A DNA stretch of 64,000 nucleotides from Leucoraja ocellata (lineage: Eukaryota). The position numbers and the translations under genes are program-made. Below, in pieces: positions 1-11,900 of this stretch. Position 1 is the stretch's first letter. Each line of letters begins with the position of its first letter. The notes under the pieces are model-generated. The model did not search any database. It worked only from the letters and a program-made list of their open reading frames with translations, and was not told the DNA's origin. The DNA lies in assembly GCA_036785375.1 (NCBI GenBank), contig JAWMAR010000023.1, positions 11,222,001-11,286,000 on the forward strand. Direction: 5' to 3'.

Positions 1-245
1 TTAGCTCGGGGCAGTAATGCATTCTGACAATGGCACATTGGCGATTTAACCCAGGAGCAAACCCCCCTAGCGGGCTGTCTGTGTGGATGTCTGATTAGCT
101 AGATAGTCCAGGCTCTCTCCACAGATGCCTGATTAGGTTGGTAGCTCCTTCAAGCAACCCGTGTGGATTTGTCCCCGCAGATGAGAATATAAATTGGTTT
201 GTGTTACTGGCCTGAGTGACTGATCCCTGTAGGGGTCCCCAAACC

Positions 246-334
246 GGTTCATACACAGGACAGTCAAAAGTCCACACTGTGAACTTGGAATGACCCCAAA
301 TGCTGCCTTCCTTCGCAGGTTCAACCAGAGGACA
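246..334. promoter_or_regulatory. Candidate retinoic-acid-responsive enhancer: three DR5-type elements
   Basis: GGTTCA-tacac-AGGACA (246-262, +); TGAACT-tggaa-TGACCC = GGGTCA-N5-AGTTCA on minus (280-296, perfect consensus); GGTTCA-accag-AGGACA (318-334, +). Confidence 0.55.
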
Positions 335-691
335 GCCACAGTTTGTTACATAGATGTGATGCTTTCTGCCTGGGTAACAACAAGCAGATCAAACAAACCA
401 GCCATTTCACTCTGACAGTAGCACACAATCAGCGAGAGAATGCGAATACAACGTCCCCACTGCAGTCAATCAACGACAAGCACCTATTTAAATATGGGGA
501 CAATGGAGTGAACTTTATCACTGAAATAAACATGCAAAACACAGCTCACAGCAACAATATGCAAAGCACATCGCAGTCAATCTCAGCTTCCTCACAATAA
601 CATCTTCTTGTTTTTATATTTGACATAATGGAAGATGAATTTTGTGACTTTGTATTCTTTATGTAGTCTTATAAAATATGTCTTGTCAACA

Positions 692-996
692 TGTGGCACA
701 GCGGTAGAGTTGCTGCCTCACAGCGCCAGAGACCCGGGTTCGATCCTGACTATGGGTGCTGTCTGTACGGAGTTTGTACGTTCTCCCCGTGACCTGCATG
801 GATTTTCTCCGAGATCTTTGGTTTCCTCCCACACTCCAAAGACGTCCTGGTTTGTAGGTTCAGTGGCTTGGTAAATGTAACAAAAATTGTCCCTAGTGGG
901 TATAGGATAGTGTTAATGTGCGGGGATCGCTTGTGAGCGTGGACACGGTGGGCTGAAAGGGCCTGTTTCCGCGCTGTATCTCTAAACTAAACTAAA
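692..996 (+). mobile_element. tRNA-derived V-SINE (HE1-like), near full length
   Basis: A/B-box-like head (gtggcacagcggtagag...gggttcgatcc), V-domain-like core (gttctccccgtgacc...ggtttcctcccac), LINE-like 3' end and (TAAAC)n tail. Confidence 0.8.
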
Positions 997-1179
997 ATAT
1001 TATTTGCACAAGAAGTTGCTTCCTAGCTCGTCCTGTGTTTGGAGAATTGTGTACAGTTCCTATAATGGAACATTGTGGGAACATTGTTCCATTATGGGAA
1101 TGATGTGGGGGTTATGGAGAAGGGGCAGGTGAAGTTTATCGGAATGCCGCCTGGAATAGAGGGTATTACCTCGAAGGAG

Positions 1180-1570
1180 AGGTTGGAGAAACTTCTTCTC
1201 TGAAACACCAGAGGTTGAAGGGAGACCAAATCGAAGTATATAAAATTATGAGAAGCATAGATAGAGTGGTCAGTCGGTGCCTTTTTCTCAGGGTGGAAAT
1301 GTCAAAGGCTTGAGGGCATAGCTTTAAGGTCAGAGAGGGAAAGTTTAAAGTAAATGTGTGGGGCAACTTTCTTTTACATAGAGAATGGTGGATGTCAGAA
1401 TGTTCTGCCAAGGATGGTGGTGGAAGCAAATACAATAGTGGGACTTCAGATGCTTTTAGTTAGGCACATGGATATGCAACGATATGGATCACTGAGCTGG
1501 CAGAGGAGATTAGTTCAACTTGGCATCACGTTGGCCATAGACATTATGTTCCTCTGCTATGCTGTACTAC
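1180..1570 (+). mobile_element. CR1/HER1-type LINE 3' fragment, degraded
   Basis: aggttgaagggagacc...gaagtatataaaattatgaga...gggcatagctttaaggt motifs of the CR1 ORF2 C-terminus. Confidence 0.7.
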
Positions 1571-1924
1571 TGCACCTCCTTCACAACTGGCCTGAATATT
1601 GAGGGAATGTCACTGGATCCCACATCAAACGCCACGTGTCAGATTACTGGATCATCACAGGTTTATATCTGTTCTCTACGCACATAAACATGGATTATTT
1701 TGAAGTTACCGTTGGCTACAGTACATTCAGAGTTGGTGGTAACCCAGTATCGGACAGATTAAATCTCATTTGTGCCATTTTAGATGGAACATTTGCCATG
1801 TGTTAATATTCTTGTTTTCTAACCCTTAGTTTTGGCCCGATATCTATCATTTGTACTGTCTGGTTCTCAGTCATTTCTGTACCAGGTCACTTGGAACCAG
1901 GTTTACCCTACTCCAGGCAATATC

Positions 1925-2290
1925 CTGTTGAATGTCATAGAACCATTGCTCTGTACAACTCAGAAGTGGGCCCGACAGCACAACCTGCCCATTCCAACTG
2001 TGATCCCATTCACATGAATCCCATTTTGGTTGCATTAAGCCCATATCCTTTTATTTTCCTGCTAAATTACCTGTCCAAATGCCTTTTAAATGCTGTAATT
2101 CTATCGGTCTCTATCATCTCTCTCTGACACTTGTACCACATAACCACCACCCTCTGTGTGTGAAAAACTTACTTGCCCCTCAGATCACCTTTACATTTAT
2201 CCCCTCTCACTTAATCCTCTGACCTTTGGCTTTAGATTCCCCTCCCCAGCAAGAAGGATGGTGGCCATCCGTCCTATCCATGTCCCTCAC
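1925..2290 (-). mobile_element. CR1/HER1-type LINE 3' fragment, degraded
   Basis: Reverse complement of the same CR1 3' motifs (acctgtccaaatgccttttaaatg; accaccctctgtgtg). Confidence 0.65.
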
Positions 2291-2487
2291 AATGCTTGTT
2301 TTCTCTCATGGATCTATCTATAAGCCCTTTTAGTACCAGATAACAAGCAGCAGGATATTATTAGTGCCACACATTATAATTCACATTGTAAAGCAATGCA
2401 ATAAAAGTTTGCCAGCAAAAGTAAAGCATGAGAAAGTCATCCTTGTTTAACAAGAGGAAAAACACCAATGTGAAGGAAGGAAGGATG

Positions 2488-2690
2488 GAACTGCAGATGC
2501 TGGTTTAAACTGAAGATAGACACAAAATGCTGGAGGAACTCAGCGGGACAGGCAGCATCTCTGGAGACTGAGAATAGGTTGAAGACTAGGATTGGACTGA
2601 AGAAGGGTCTTGACCCGAAACATCACCCATTCCTTCTCTCCAGAGATGTTGCTGCCTGTCCCGCTGAGTTACTCCAGCATTTTGTGTCTC
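2488..2690. mobile_element. Penelope-derived fold-back insert
   Basis: Inverted arms (gacacaaaatgctggaggaactcagcgggacaggcagcatctctggag and its reverse complement), central ctgaagaagggtcttgacccgaaac, flanking cac/ctaatgtgaagg duplication. Confidence 0.75.
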
Positions 2691-3989
2691 ACACTAATGT
2701 GAAGGTGCAAATGCTCTCCAGTCAACAGAACTCTTTCAAAAATCACATAGCAATTTTTCCGATCCAATAGCCAGTTGGTTCTGAACAATAAACAGTCACA
2801 ACAGCTTTGGGGAACTTTACTTCACTGCTACAAAATCTACAGGACAATATTAATAGAATCAGATAAAAGTGCTTCAAGAAAATTGCTCTGCTGTTGATTA
2901 AACATTTGCTGCGGGATATCTGAATATTATCATGATATCTTTATGTATAATTTCTTAACCACACTGAATTGGCGAAGTTACAACATTTTGGAAAATAATT
3001 TGCAAAAATAAGGGATAGGTTTCCAACTGACCTCTCAATGCACTGTGGTACATACTGGGTGCTGTAAATTATTTGGGATGCAATCTTAAACCATTTAAAA
3101 TGGAACATCTGCAGATCCCTGCATAAAACTAGGCAGCTGCCTTTTCATCACTTTAGATGAAATGAGGCAACTCTGCGCAAACACTTTTTCATGATTGAAA
3201 GCTAATCCTGTGTTAGACGAGTTGCACAATAACATGAAAAATCAGGAGAAATGTAAACACAGCTTGGACATTTTAAGTAAGCGTATTCTGTATGCCTGCA
3301 TAGAAACGTATCAAAATTACATTATTCTCCTTAATAGAGCTACTAACTAATTTACAAACAATTTATAACTCACAATATCACAAAGAAGATAAGATTCACT
3401 GAAGCTGTCAAAATTACCAGTTTATTACATGGGCCAGGCTGGGGTGCTGCTAAAATTATATTTTTGTGAACAAAAATGGAAGAAATATATCTTTTTTTAA
3501 TAGATTAGTTTATTCAAATTCATGTGAACTGCAACAAGACAAATATTAAGTTAGTTTCTTTCCAGTGACTATATTTAGGATCAAAGTACTATTTAAAATG
3601 AAGAGATAGGCAGTGCAACAAAAGGGCAAGTGCAGAGCCAGCTGATGTGAACTTTCTTTCAACCTCAACTGCTTGCCAAGATAAATATGTTGAACTGCTC
3701 TCCACGGGTTACACTTAAACGGGAAGAGTTCACCTAGTGGAGCTCTGTGACAAAATGGAAAAGCAATTATACTTTATTTGAATGAGAACTGCACATCAGC
3801 TCAAACTGTTAGAAAACCACCGCCCTCTCTCTCCTTCACAAGATAAATGGCAACTACAGATAATGTTTACCCTCTTTGGATTCAAGACAATGTACAATTA
3901 GAAAAGCAGTTGCCTTTAATAACCTTTACAAATGGACAAAAAAGGGACACATTATTATACCTGACCTCCAGCACATCCTCTAGCAGCAC

Positions 3990-4890
3990 ATTCTCTCTAC
4001 GCATCGCCCTGCGTGCAAAAAAACTGCCCCCCTCAGGTCGCTTAAATCATTCTCCTCTCACCTTAAACCAAAGCACTCTAGTTTTAGCCTCCCCAAGCCT
4101 GTGCAAAGACTGTGGCTGCTAACTTTATCTGTATTCTTCATTATTTTATATACCTCTCTGTGTGGTCACCTGCAGCCTCTGCGCTCTTGGGAATAATGAC
4201 CCAGCCTACCCACATCTCCGAACTCAAACCCCCCAAACCCAGTAACATGTCAGTAAATCTCTTTTGCAGCCTTTCCAGTTTTCTGGCATTTTGATTTTCA
4301 GCAAGGCGACCAGAACTGTGTGCAGTACTGCAAATGTGACCCGACCAATGTCTTGTACAGCTGCAACATTGCATCCCAACGCCGGCGGTGAAGGCAAGCG
4401 GGCCAAACGCCTTCTCCATCACCCAGTCCACCTGTGTCACCACCTTCAACAACCATGTACAGGATTCCCAGGTCTCTCTGTTCCACAATACAGGCCAGGG
4501 CCATACCATTTACCATGCCAGTCCTGCCCAGGTTTTTCCTACCTACAAAAATGCCGTACCTTGCATTTTCTCAACTGGCATGCACAAAAACTTTTCACTG
4601 TACCTCTGTACACATGATAATAAATTAAACTGAACTGAAACTCTATTTGTCATTAGGCCCATGGTCTCATTGATCTAGATCCTGATGTAAGTGTAGATTA
4701 CCTTCTTTACAGTCCACTGTTATAGTCACCTGCACCTTGCTACACATGTCACCGACATTCACATCCAAACTTTGAATAAATAACGAACAACAGTGGACCC
4801 AGCACCCATCCCTGGGGCCCACCACTTGTTACAAGCCTCCTGTCTGAAAAACAACTCTCTATCACCACCCTCTGCTTCTAAACAATTTTG
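3990..4890 (-). mobile_element. CR1-type LINE ORF2 fragments, interrupted by a Rex1-like tail at about 4575-4640
   Basis: Translations LYKTLVGSHLQYCTQFWSP and KLERLQKRFTDMLLGL, typical of the CR1 RT C-terminal region. Confidence 0.75.
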
Positions 4891-4899
4891 TATTCAATT

Positions 4900-5145
4900 G
4901 TTTAAGAAGGAACTGCAGATGCAGGAAAATCGAAGGTAGACAAAGTACGTTTTTCACACACAGGTGGTTATGTGGTACAAGCTGGCAGAGCGAAATTATA
5001 GAGACAGATAGAATTACAGCATTTAAAAGGCATTTGGACAGGTATTTCAGCAGGAAAATAGAAGGAAGGCAAAAGTGCTGGAGAAACTCAGCGGTGCAGC
5101 AGCATCTATGGAGCGAAGGAAATAGGCAACGTTTTGGGTCTAGTT
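4900..5145 (-). mobile_element. Penelope-derived insert carrying an internal ~120-bp LINE fragment
   Basis: gtttaagaaggaactgcagatgc...ggagaaactcagcgg...ggaaataggcaacg, split by an inverted copy of 2046-2175. Confidence 0.7.
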
Positions 5146-5791
5146 GAGCTTCCTGACAGTATATTTCATTCAAAGTTATTCATTAATGATCTCCAATCAC
5201 TTTCATCACTACCACTGAGCTGGATTGCATAACCTCAGTTCACAAGGAAACCAATATTGCTGAGGTTGTCATCATAAAGTATTAGACACTCCATGTCAAC
5301 CTAGAAAATTCTCTGATGTGATCAATCTGGGTTTCTACGCTCACTCTGATTAGAAGGGCAACATGTATTCTAATTATTAACAAATAACTTGCATTTATAT
5401 AGAGACTTATATATAACTTGAGAATATTCCACAGCTTCCAAGTTGATAAACTACTTTTCAAGTACAATCCCAAATAAAATGCCGAGAAAAGACACTAGCT
5501 ATTTATCATGCTCAGTATTGGATTAGATTACAAAGGCCTGGTGAAAATAGTTTTTCCGTGTGGTTTTCAACTTGACGTATGTGCCATTCCATCCTTGTGA
5601 AATCCCACTGGAATTTCCCACTTTAATGTCTTCAAGATGAGAGATTTAACAACATAGCATAGGCTAAACTAGACTTGAACTGAAAACACTGATCATATAA
5701 CTAAAATTTACCATCTTCAAAGAGGAATTTCCCGACCAGTGGATGAAAATAAATCTAACAGCTGCATCATGACATTGTTCATCAAATGTAC

Positions 5792-5959
5792 CTTAGCAGC
5801 TGAGTTGGAGACTCCGTGCGTGACATTTCGTATTAAGCCTCCAACGTTTCCATACTTGATCAGCCCTGAAACGCCCTCCGACACATCATTCAAAAGTCCC
5901 ATTGGATTGCCCAGAAAATCCACCGAGCCCAGTATTCGAGTCGCCTGGCTCATCAATTC
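5792..5959 (-). CDS. VPS13D: VPS13D exon (~65), 168 nt, VPS13_C/ATG2_C-like region
   Basis: [56 protein letters not shown]; atag|...|gtacat; the next exon was not found in the window. Confidence 0.95.
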
Positions 5960-8900
5960 CTATCAACAAAAAGACATTTTACCATAAGAAATAACCAATG
6001 TATTAATGTCCATTTTTAGTAAGATTTGGCATTAACCTTTGGGTTACCGTTGAGAAGATAGTTGCATGACTGGCTCAGCTACCTCAACAGGCAACCACTT
6101 TGACGTGGGACTGACAAAAATCAAAATTTCAAACATGTGGCTCAATGGTTTCATAACCAGGTTCAAACCTAACCTCTGTTGCTGCATCTTTGGAGTTTGC
6201 ATGTCCTATCTGTGACCGAATGAGATTCCTCTAGGTTAGCGTGAAGAAGGGTCTCGACTCGAAACATCACCCATTCCTTCTCTCCAGTGATTCCTCCAGG
6301 TGGCTTTGATTCTCTCCCCCAACATCTCAATAATCATACCAGTTAATGTAGCAGCATCATTTGAAATATGAAATGTAAGTTACCCACCACTGATACATAT
6401 CTGATAAAGCTGATAAACGCTGGCTTCAGACAAACCGCCCAATAATTTCCTTTGTCCGAAGCAACTGCAGATGCAGGTTTAAACCATAGATAGACACAAA
6501 ATGCTGGAGTAACTCAGTGGGACAGGCAGCATCTCTGGAGAGAAGGATTGGGTGACGTTTCAGGTCAAGTCTGAAGAAGGGTCTGGACCCGAAACGTCAC
6601 CCATTCCTTCTCTCCAGAGTTGCTGCCTGTCCTGCTGTAATTTCCTTCCGTTGGCCTCTCTCCTCTAAACAGTCGAATAACAATTCACGATTTTCCAGTC
6701 TTCTAAACTCTAAAGATTCTTGAACGATGACTACTAATGCCGACAACTCGACAGCTATCTCTATAAGAAGCCTGGGGTGTAATCCATCTGGTCCAGGTGA
6801 CCAGATTTAACACTGATAGGTTTGAAGAAGGGTCCCAACCCAAAGCATCTCATGTCCATTTCCCCTTCATCTATGCTGCCTGACCCGCTGAGTTCCTCCA
6901 ACACTGTTTATTTGCTTAAATTCCTTGTATACATATTTGGATAATAACATTTATTCAATTCAAGATTCCAGCATTTGCAATATCTTGTGACTCCAGGTGA
7001 GATCAAGCCTTGAAACTAAAGCAAGCTCGTCCCTCCGGTTACGCTTGCTCTTCCAGTCAAGACTCACTCTGAAGCACACATTGCATGCTAAGTGCTGCAA
7101 ACAGTAATGTTAATTAGACACTGTTTGCCAATACAATGATGGAATCTCACCTTTCTTCATTATCACATTCCACCCTGCTGCCCTATGTCTTCCCCACTTA
7201 TCACCTGGAGATAGACAAACAAGCTGGAGAAACTCAGGGATGAGGCAGCATCTATGGAGCAAAGGAAATAGGCAACGTTTCGGGTCCAAACCCTTTTTCA
7301 AACTGATGTGAGGGTGGGGGCAGGAAGAAGAAAGGAAGAGGTGGAGTCAGTGGGCTGAGGGAGAGCTGAGAACGGGTGGTGAAAGTAGGGACCACCTGAA
7401 ATTAAAGTCAATGTTCATGCCGCGAGGGTGCAAACTGCCCAAGCGGAATATGAGGTGCTGCTCGTCCAATTTACGGTGGTCCTCACTCTGGCCATGGAAG
7501 AGGCCCAGGACAGAAAGGTCAGATTTGGAATGAGAGGGGGAGTTGAAGTGCTGAGCCATCGGGAGATCAGGTTGGTTATTGTGATCCGAGCAGAGGTGTT
7601 CGGCGAAGCGATCGCCAAGCCTACGCTTGGTCTCACCGATGTAGAGCAGCTGACATCTAGAGCAGCGGGTGCAATAGATGAGGTTGGAGGAGGTGCAGGA
7701 GGTTTTTACGAATGTGTGAGGAAACCAGAGCTTCTGGAGTAAACTCACGGGAAGAACGTACAAACTCAGCACAGACAGTACCTGTAGTCAGGATCGATCG
7801 GGCTCTCTGGTGCTGTAAGGTAGCAACTCTACAGCTGTGCCATCGTGTCGCTACTGAATGCCAATTATTTCACATGCAGAGCCTCCAAGAGGAAAAGGTA
7901 GACCAATTTCCTACTGTTGGACTAGGTATGTCTAAAGTGTTCATTGTATTTTAACCTTTGGTGGAATAATAATTTCTGTTTGACCAGCTCAGCTGCCCAC
8001 TCGAATTCTCACCTCCTTAAAATGCTTGAGAATGTCGTTGATAATGAACTCCTGTGTCTCATATGGGTGCACTCTGGTGTATGGGTCCAGGTGGATCACT
8101 GCATCCTCAAAGCGGATCAACCGGATGCCCAGCATGCCCTTCAAAGCCTGCAACAACAAACAAAAAAATAACACCAAACTGATACCTGCAAAAATAAGAG
8201 CAAAGGATGACTAATTCAGGGAGTTCAGAGTGAAAGCTGACTCGGAATATCATGTCAAAGCCAGAGCACTGCCTAAGGGAAAGTAACCTGTCAATTTTAT
8301 TCTGTTATCAACAGACATCTATGACTTAACCATGCCGTAAGATTAGGATGATTCATGTAGTTTGATTGTGTCATTTACAAAGGTCAAAAGGCTGACAGTG
8401 ATGATGGGAACCAGAAAATAATCACTAAGGACAAGGAAAGTCCCTTCGTCTGCAAGCTCATTCCTTCAGGGAGCCGACCCACAGTTTTAGTTTTAGTCTT
8501 ATTTCTCTTATTTCGTCGACTATTTCAAATATTTCACTGTTTCTGATCTCGGACATGTTTTCTTGGCTCAGTTACATGGCACTCGCGCCTTTCTTTCAAT
8601 AGTCGAATTATCAATTCCCATTCTACTGAAGAGATATTCTCAACTGACATTCCTGTGCAGCACTGAAAAACATTCATCATCCTTTGTGCGAGATGTTATT
8701 ACAAGGCTTTGTCTACGTTTCCAATATCTAGATGATATATGGCACCATTGGAACAACAGAGTACTTTTCCAAAATCATGATCAGAATTGCTCCTCGTCTC
8801 AAATATCATCAAAATTTGATATATTGTCTAGTTATATCAGTACCATGCGGGGCTCGTATAATGGAAAACAGTTGCTATATTTTCTTGTACATCTACAAAT

Positions 8901-11900
8901 TATGCTGATTCTATGACCAAACAAGTTGCAACAGAACTATGTCTCCATTTCCTTTTAATTTTCACTAATTTGTGATGCTGTAACTATAGATAGTTTCCCA
9001 CTTGTTTGATCAATGTCTATTGCTCTTAACCAGACCTCTGACAACTTCCACTGGAGTTCTATGGGCTCTGAAGTGGTTTATAATGTCATAAAGGAATAGT
9101 AGAATTAGGCCATTCGACCCATCTAGTCTACTCCACCATTCAATCATGGCTGACCTATCTCTCCTTTCCTAACCCCATTCTCTTGCCTTCTCCCTATAAC
9201 CTCTGACACAGGTACTAATCAAGAATCTATCCTTCTCTGCCTTAAAATTATCCACTGACTTGGCCTCCACAGCCTTCTGTGGCAAAGAATTCCACAGATT
9301 CACCACCCTCTGACTGAAGACCTGTAGCATGTGCAGACGGCCACAGTTCGAGCAAGAGACATTCATCAGGTAAGGTGGATGAACGGTAGGTGCTTTCCAG
9401 TTTAGATGGGGGCATCTTGGTCTGCATGGGCTAGTTGGGCCGTAGGGCCTATTTCCGTGCTGTATGACTATGCCACGTATAGCACGATCTTAAGAAACTC
9501 GCCTTGAATTCAACAGGTAGCTTGCTTGAAGTAAATACGCTCATCTTGATTTGTGGCATGCTGAGTTTGAGGTTTTCAAAGTAATAGCGCTTTGCTGTTC
9601 CACTTTTCTCATTGTTCTGTTCAGGGGCATTTTCATCTGGCTTTTCTACATCTGTGAAGGAAGGAGTTTAAGATATCAAAACTTTCACATCTGAAATGAA
9701 CTGCTCTTGTACACTGAACACAATTAATTAGTGAGGCACACATGGTTACTTAGATTAAAGCTTCACTGATCAATGGTAAATTAAGATGATGATATGGAAT
9801 CATTCGATAGTGCTGATGGAGGCTTTAATTAAATAGAACCCCTAGAGTACAAATCAAAAAGCAAAAAATATATTAAAAATGCAGGTGCTTAAAATCTAAA
9901 GAACAGAACAAAACCTACGGGTCAGACATTTGCGGAGAGGAAAAACAAACGGCGATATTTAGCTTTGTTTAGAAGTACAGGACAGGAAAAGGCCCATCGG
10001 CCCATCGATTCCACACCGGCCATCGATCACCCGTTCACACTAGCTCTACGCTATCCCACTTTCTCATCCACGCCCTTTACATTAACGGGAATCTTACTGA
10101 GGCCAATTAACCTACAAACCCACACGTGTCTGGGATGTGGGAGCAAACCTGAACAGCTGGAGGAAACCCATGGGAGTCACAGGTAGAACGTGCAAACTCC
10201 ATACAGACAGCACGTGAAGTCAGGATCAAGCCCGGGTCTCTGGCGCTGTGAGGCAGCAACTCTACCTATTTCATTGACCTGAAAGGTTGATTCTGCTGCT
10301 CTCTCCACTGATGCTGCCAGATGCATGAAATATTTTGTGCATTTCATTTCCGCGTTTAAATAACCATCTAAAAAAAGTTTATAGAAAGGCTACTCTGGAG
10401 AATTCACCATCTCAGTATGGCAACAGATTCCTCAGTCTTTGTCACGAGCTTATGACCCTGACCGGCCATGTTCGGCAGTTGTCATTCTGGCAAACACAAA
10501 GGAACCTTAATCCCCTAAATCAGACTCACCCACCATTAGACAACGTGTTATTTATAATATAGACAAACTTTATTATATACAAGGAAGTTGTCAATTTAAA
10601 ACAGAAAGTCAAACCACTTTGTTACTTTTTTAATCTTCGCCTTGGGTTTAGACTCGACAAGTACCACACCTGCCTTCTACCCCCCATCCCCCCACCCCCC
10701 CCCCCCCCCACCCATCCCCCCACCCATCCCCCCACCGCCACCACCCAGCCACCTGAAATCCAGTAACCGAATAAGTAAGCTGCACCGGGCAACCATATAA
10801 ACTGCTCATGGATTTCACAAGCAATTACAAATATATTTTTTGCTCTATCAGTGTAATGTAAAAAGCCTGGATAATTTCTGGGTGAACATCACTGAAGCAG
10901 TTTAGTTGCAGTTAGAGCCCACAATGAGTGCCACTGATTGAACTCAAATTGATTGACATTTTATAACACAGATTATAATGATTAACATATATATCCTGGA
11001 GTGATTTGAAGGTTAGAAAATTAATCAGAATTAAGATACAGAATTTTTTGAACCCCTCAATTAGATTATGTTGCAACTTATTCTGGTATATGTTTTGCTT
11101 CATATACAAATCATCCATCCCCCCAGTTAGATTCTAGCCTGCAGGTGAGTGCAGATATTCTCCATTACATTGGAGTGTCCATGCATTTGTATTTTAATGA
11201 CCCGTACAACTGTATTCCACTAAGCTGAACAAGTGTCTAATAATATTTCAATCTTATTTCCTTCGCATACCTATATCATAAGCTGAAAAAATATTTTTCT
11301 AGATTTGGCGAGATCTGAAAAAAAGGTATTTTCCAACCTTCAAAACCCAATCAACAGTGGAAATCATCAACAAACTATAAACAAAAATGCACTCCAGCAT
11401 CAGGGCTGGATGGTTGGGATTCAAGGGTTGGGTATGATCCTGAAACATACAAACCTCTCCACAGTAGTTTCAAAAGAAGAAGAAAATGCGGTCTTAAAAA
11501 TAGCACAGACTATCGTGTAATAACAGAGTACAAATGGGAACATATGTCTATCTGTTTCAACTTTACAGCAATAAACAGTTTAAGATGTTAACCACTCTTC
11601 CAAGAGTAAGTAAAGTCACCCATATGCAGTAGACCCTGGGTTCACCTTCTATCATGGTTTGAATTAGTGGACTTCAGCCTCCCTGTCCTCAAGATGAAAC
11701 AAGATAACCATATTAATCAGAAGTGGCTTTCTGATAGATGTTGTCATGGTAAATGTGTTTGATACAGGCCTAATGCATGGTTGTCTGAGTGCAACTCCCA
11801 GACCAGTACATAAACATTTTGTATACGACAACTTTGTGCCGCTTGCAAAGTCTACCGTAAACATTGTTTTTGACCCAAATGCAGTACAGGTGCACAACCT

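Noticed and set aside
692-760. tRNA gene
   Set aside because: A/B-box-like motifs are present, but they continue into a V-SINE core and tail and recur as several decayed copies.
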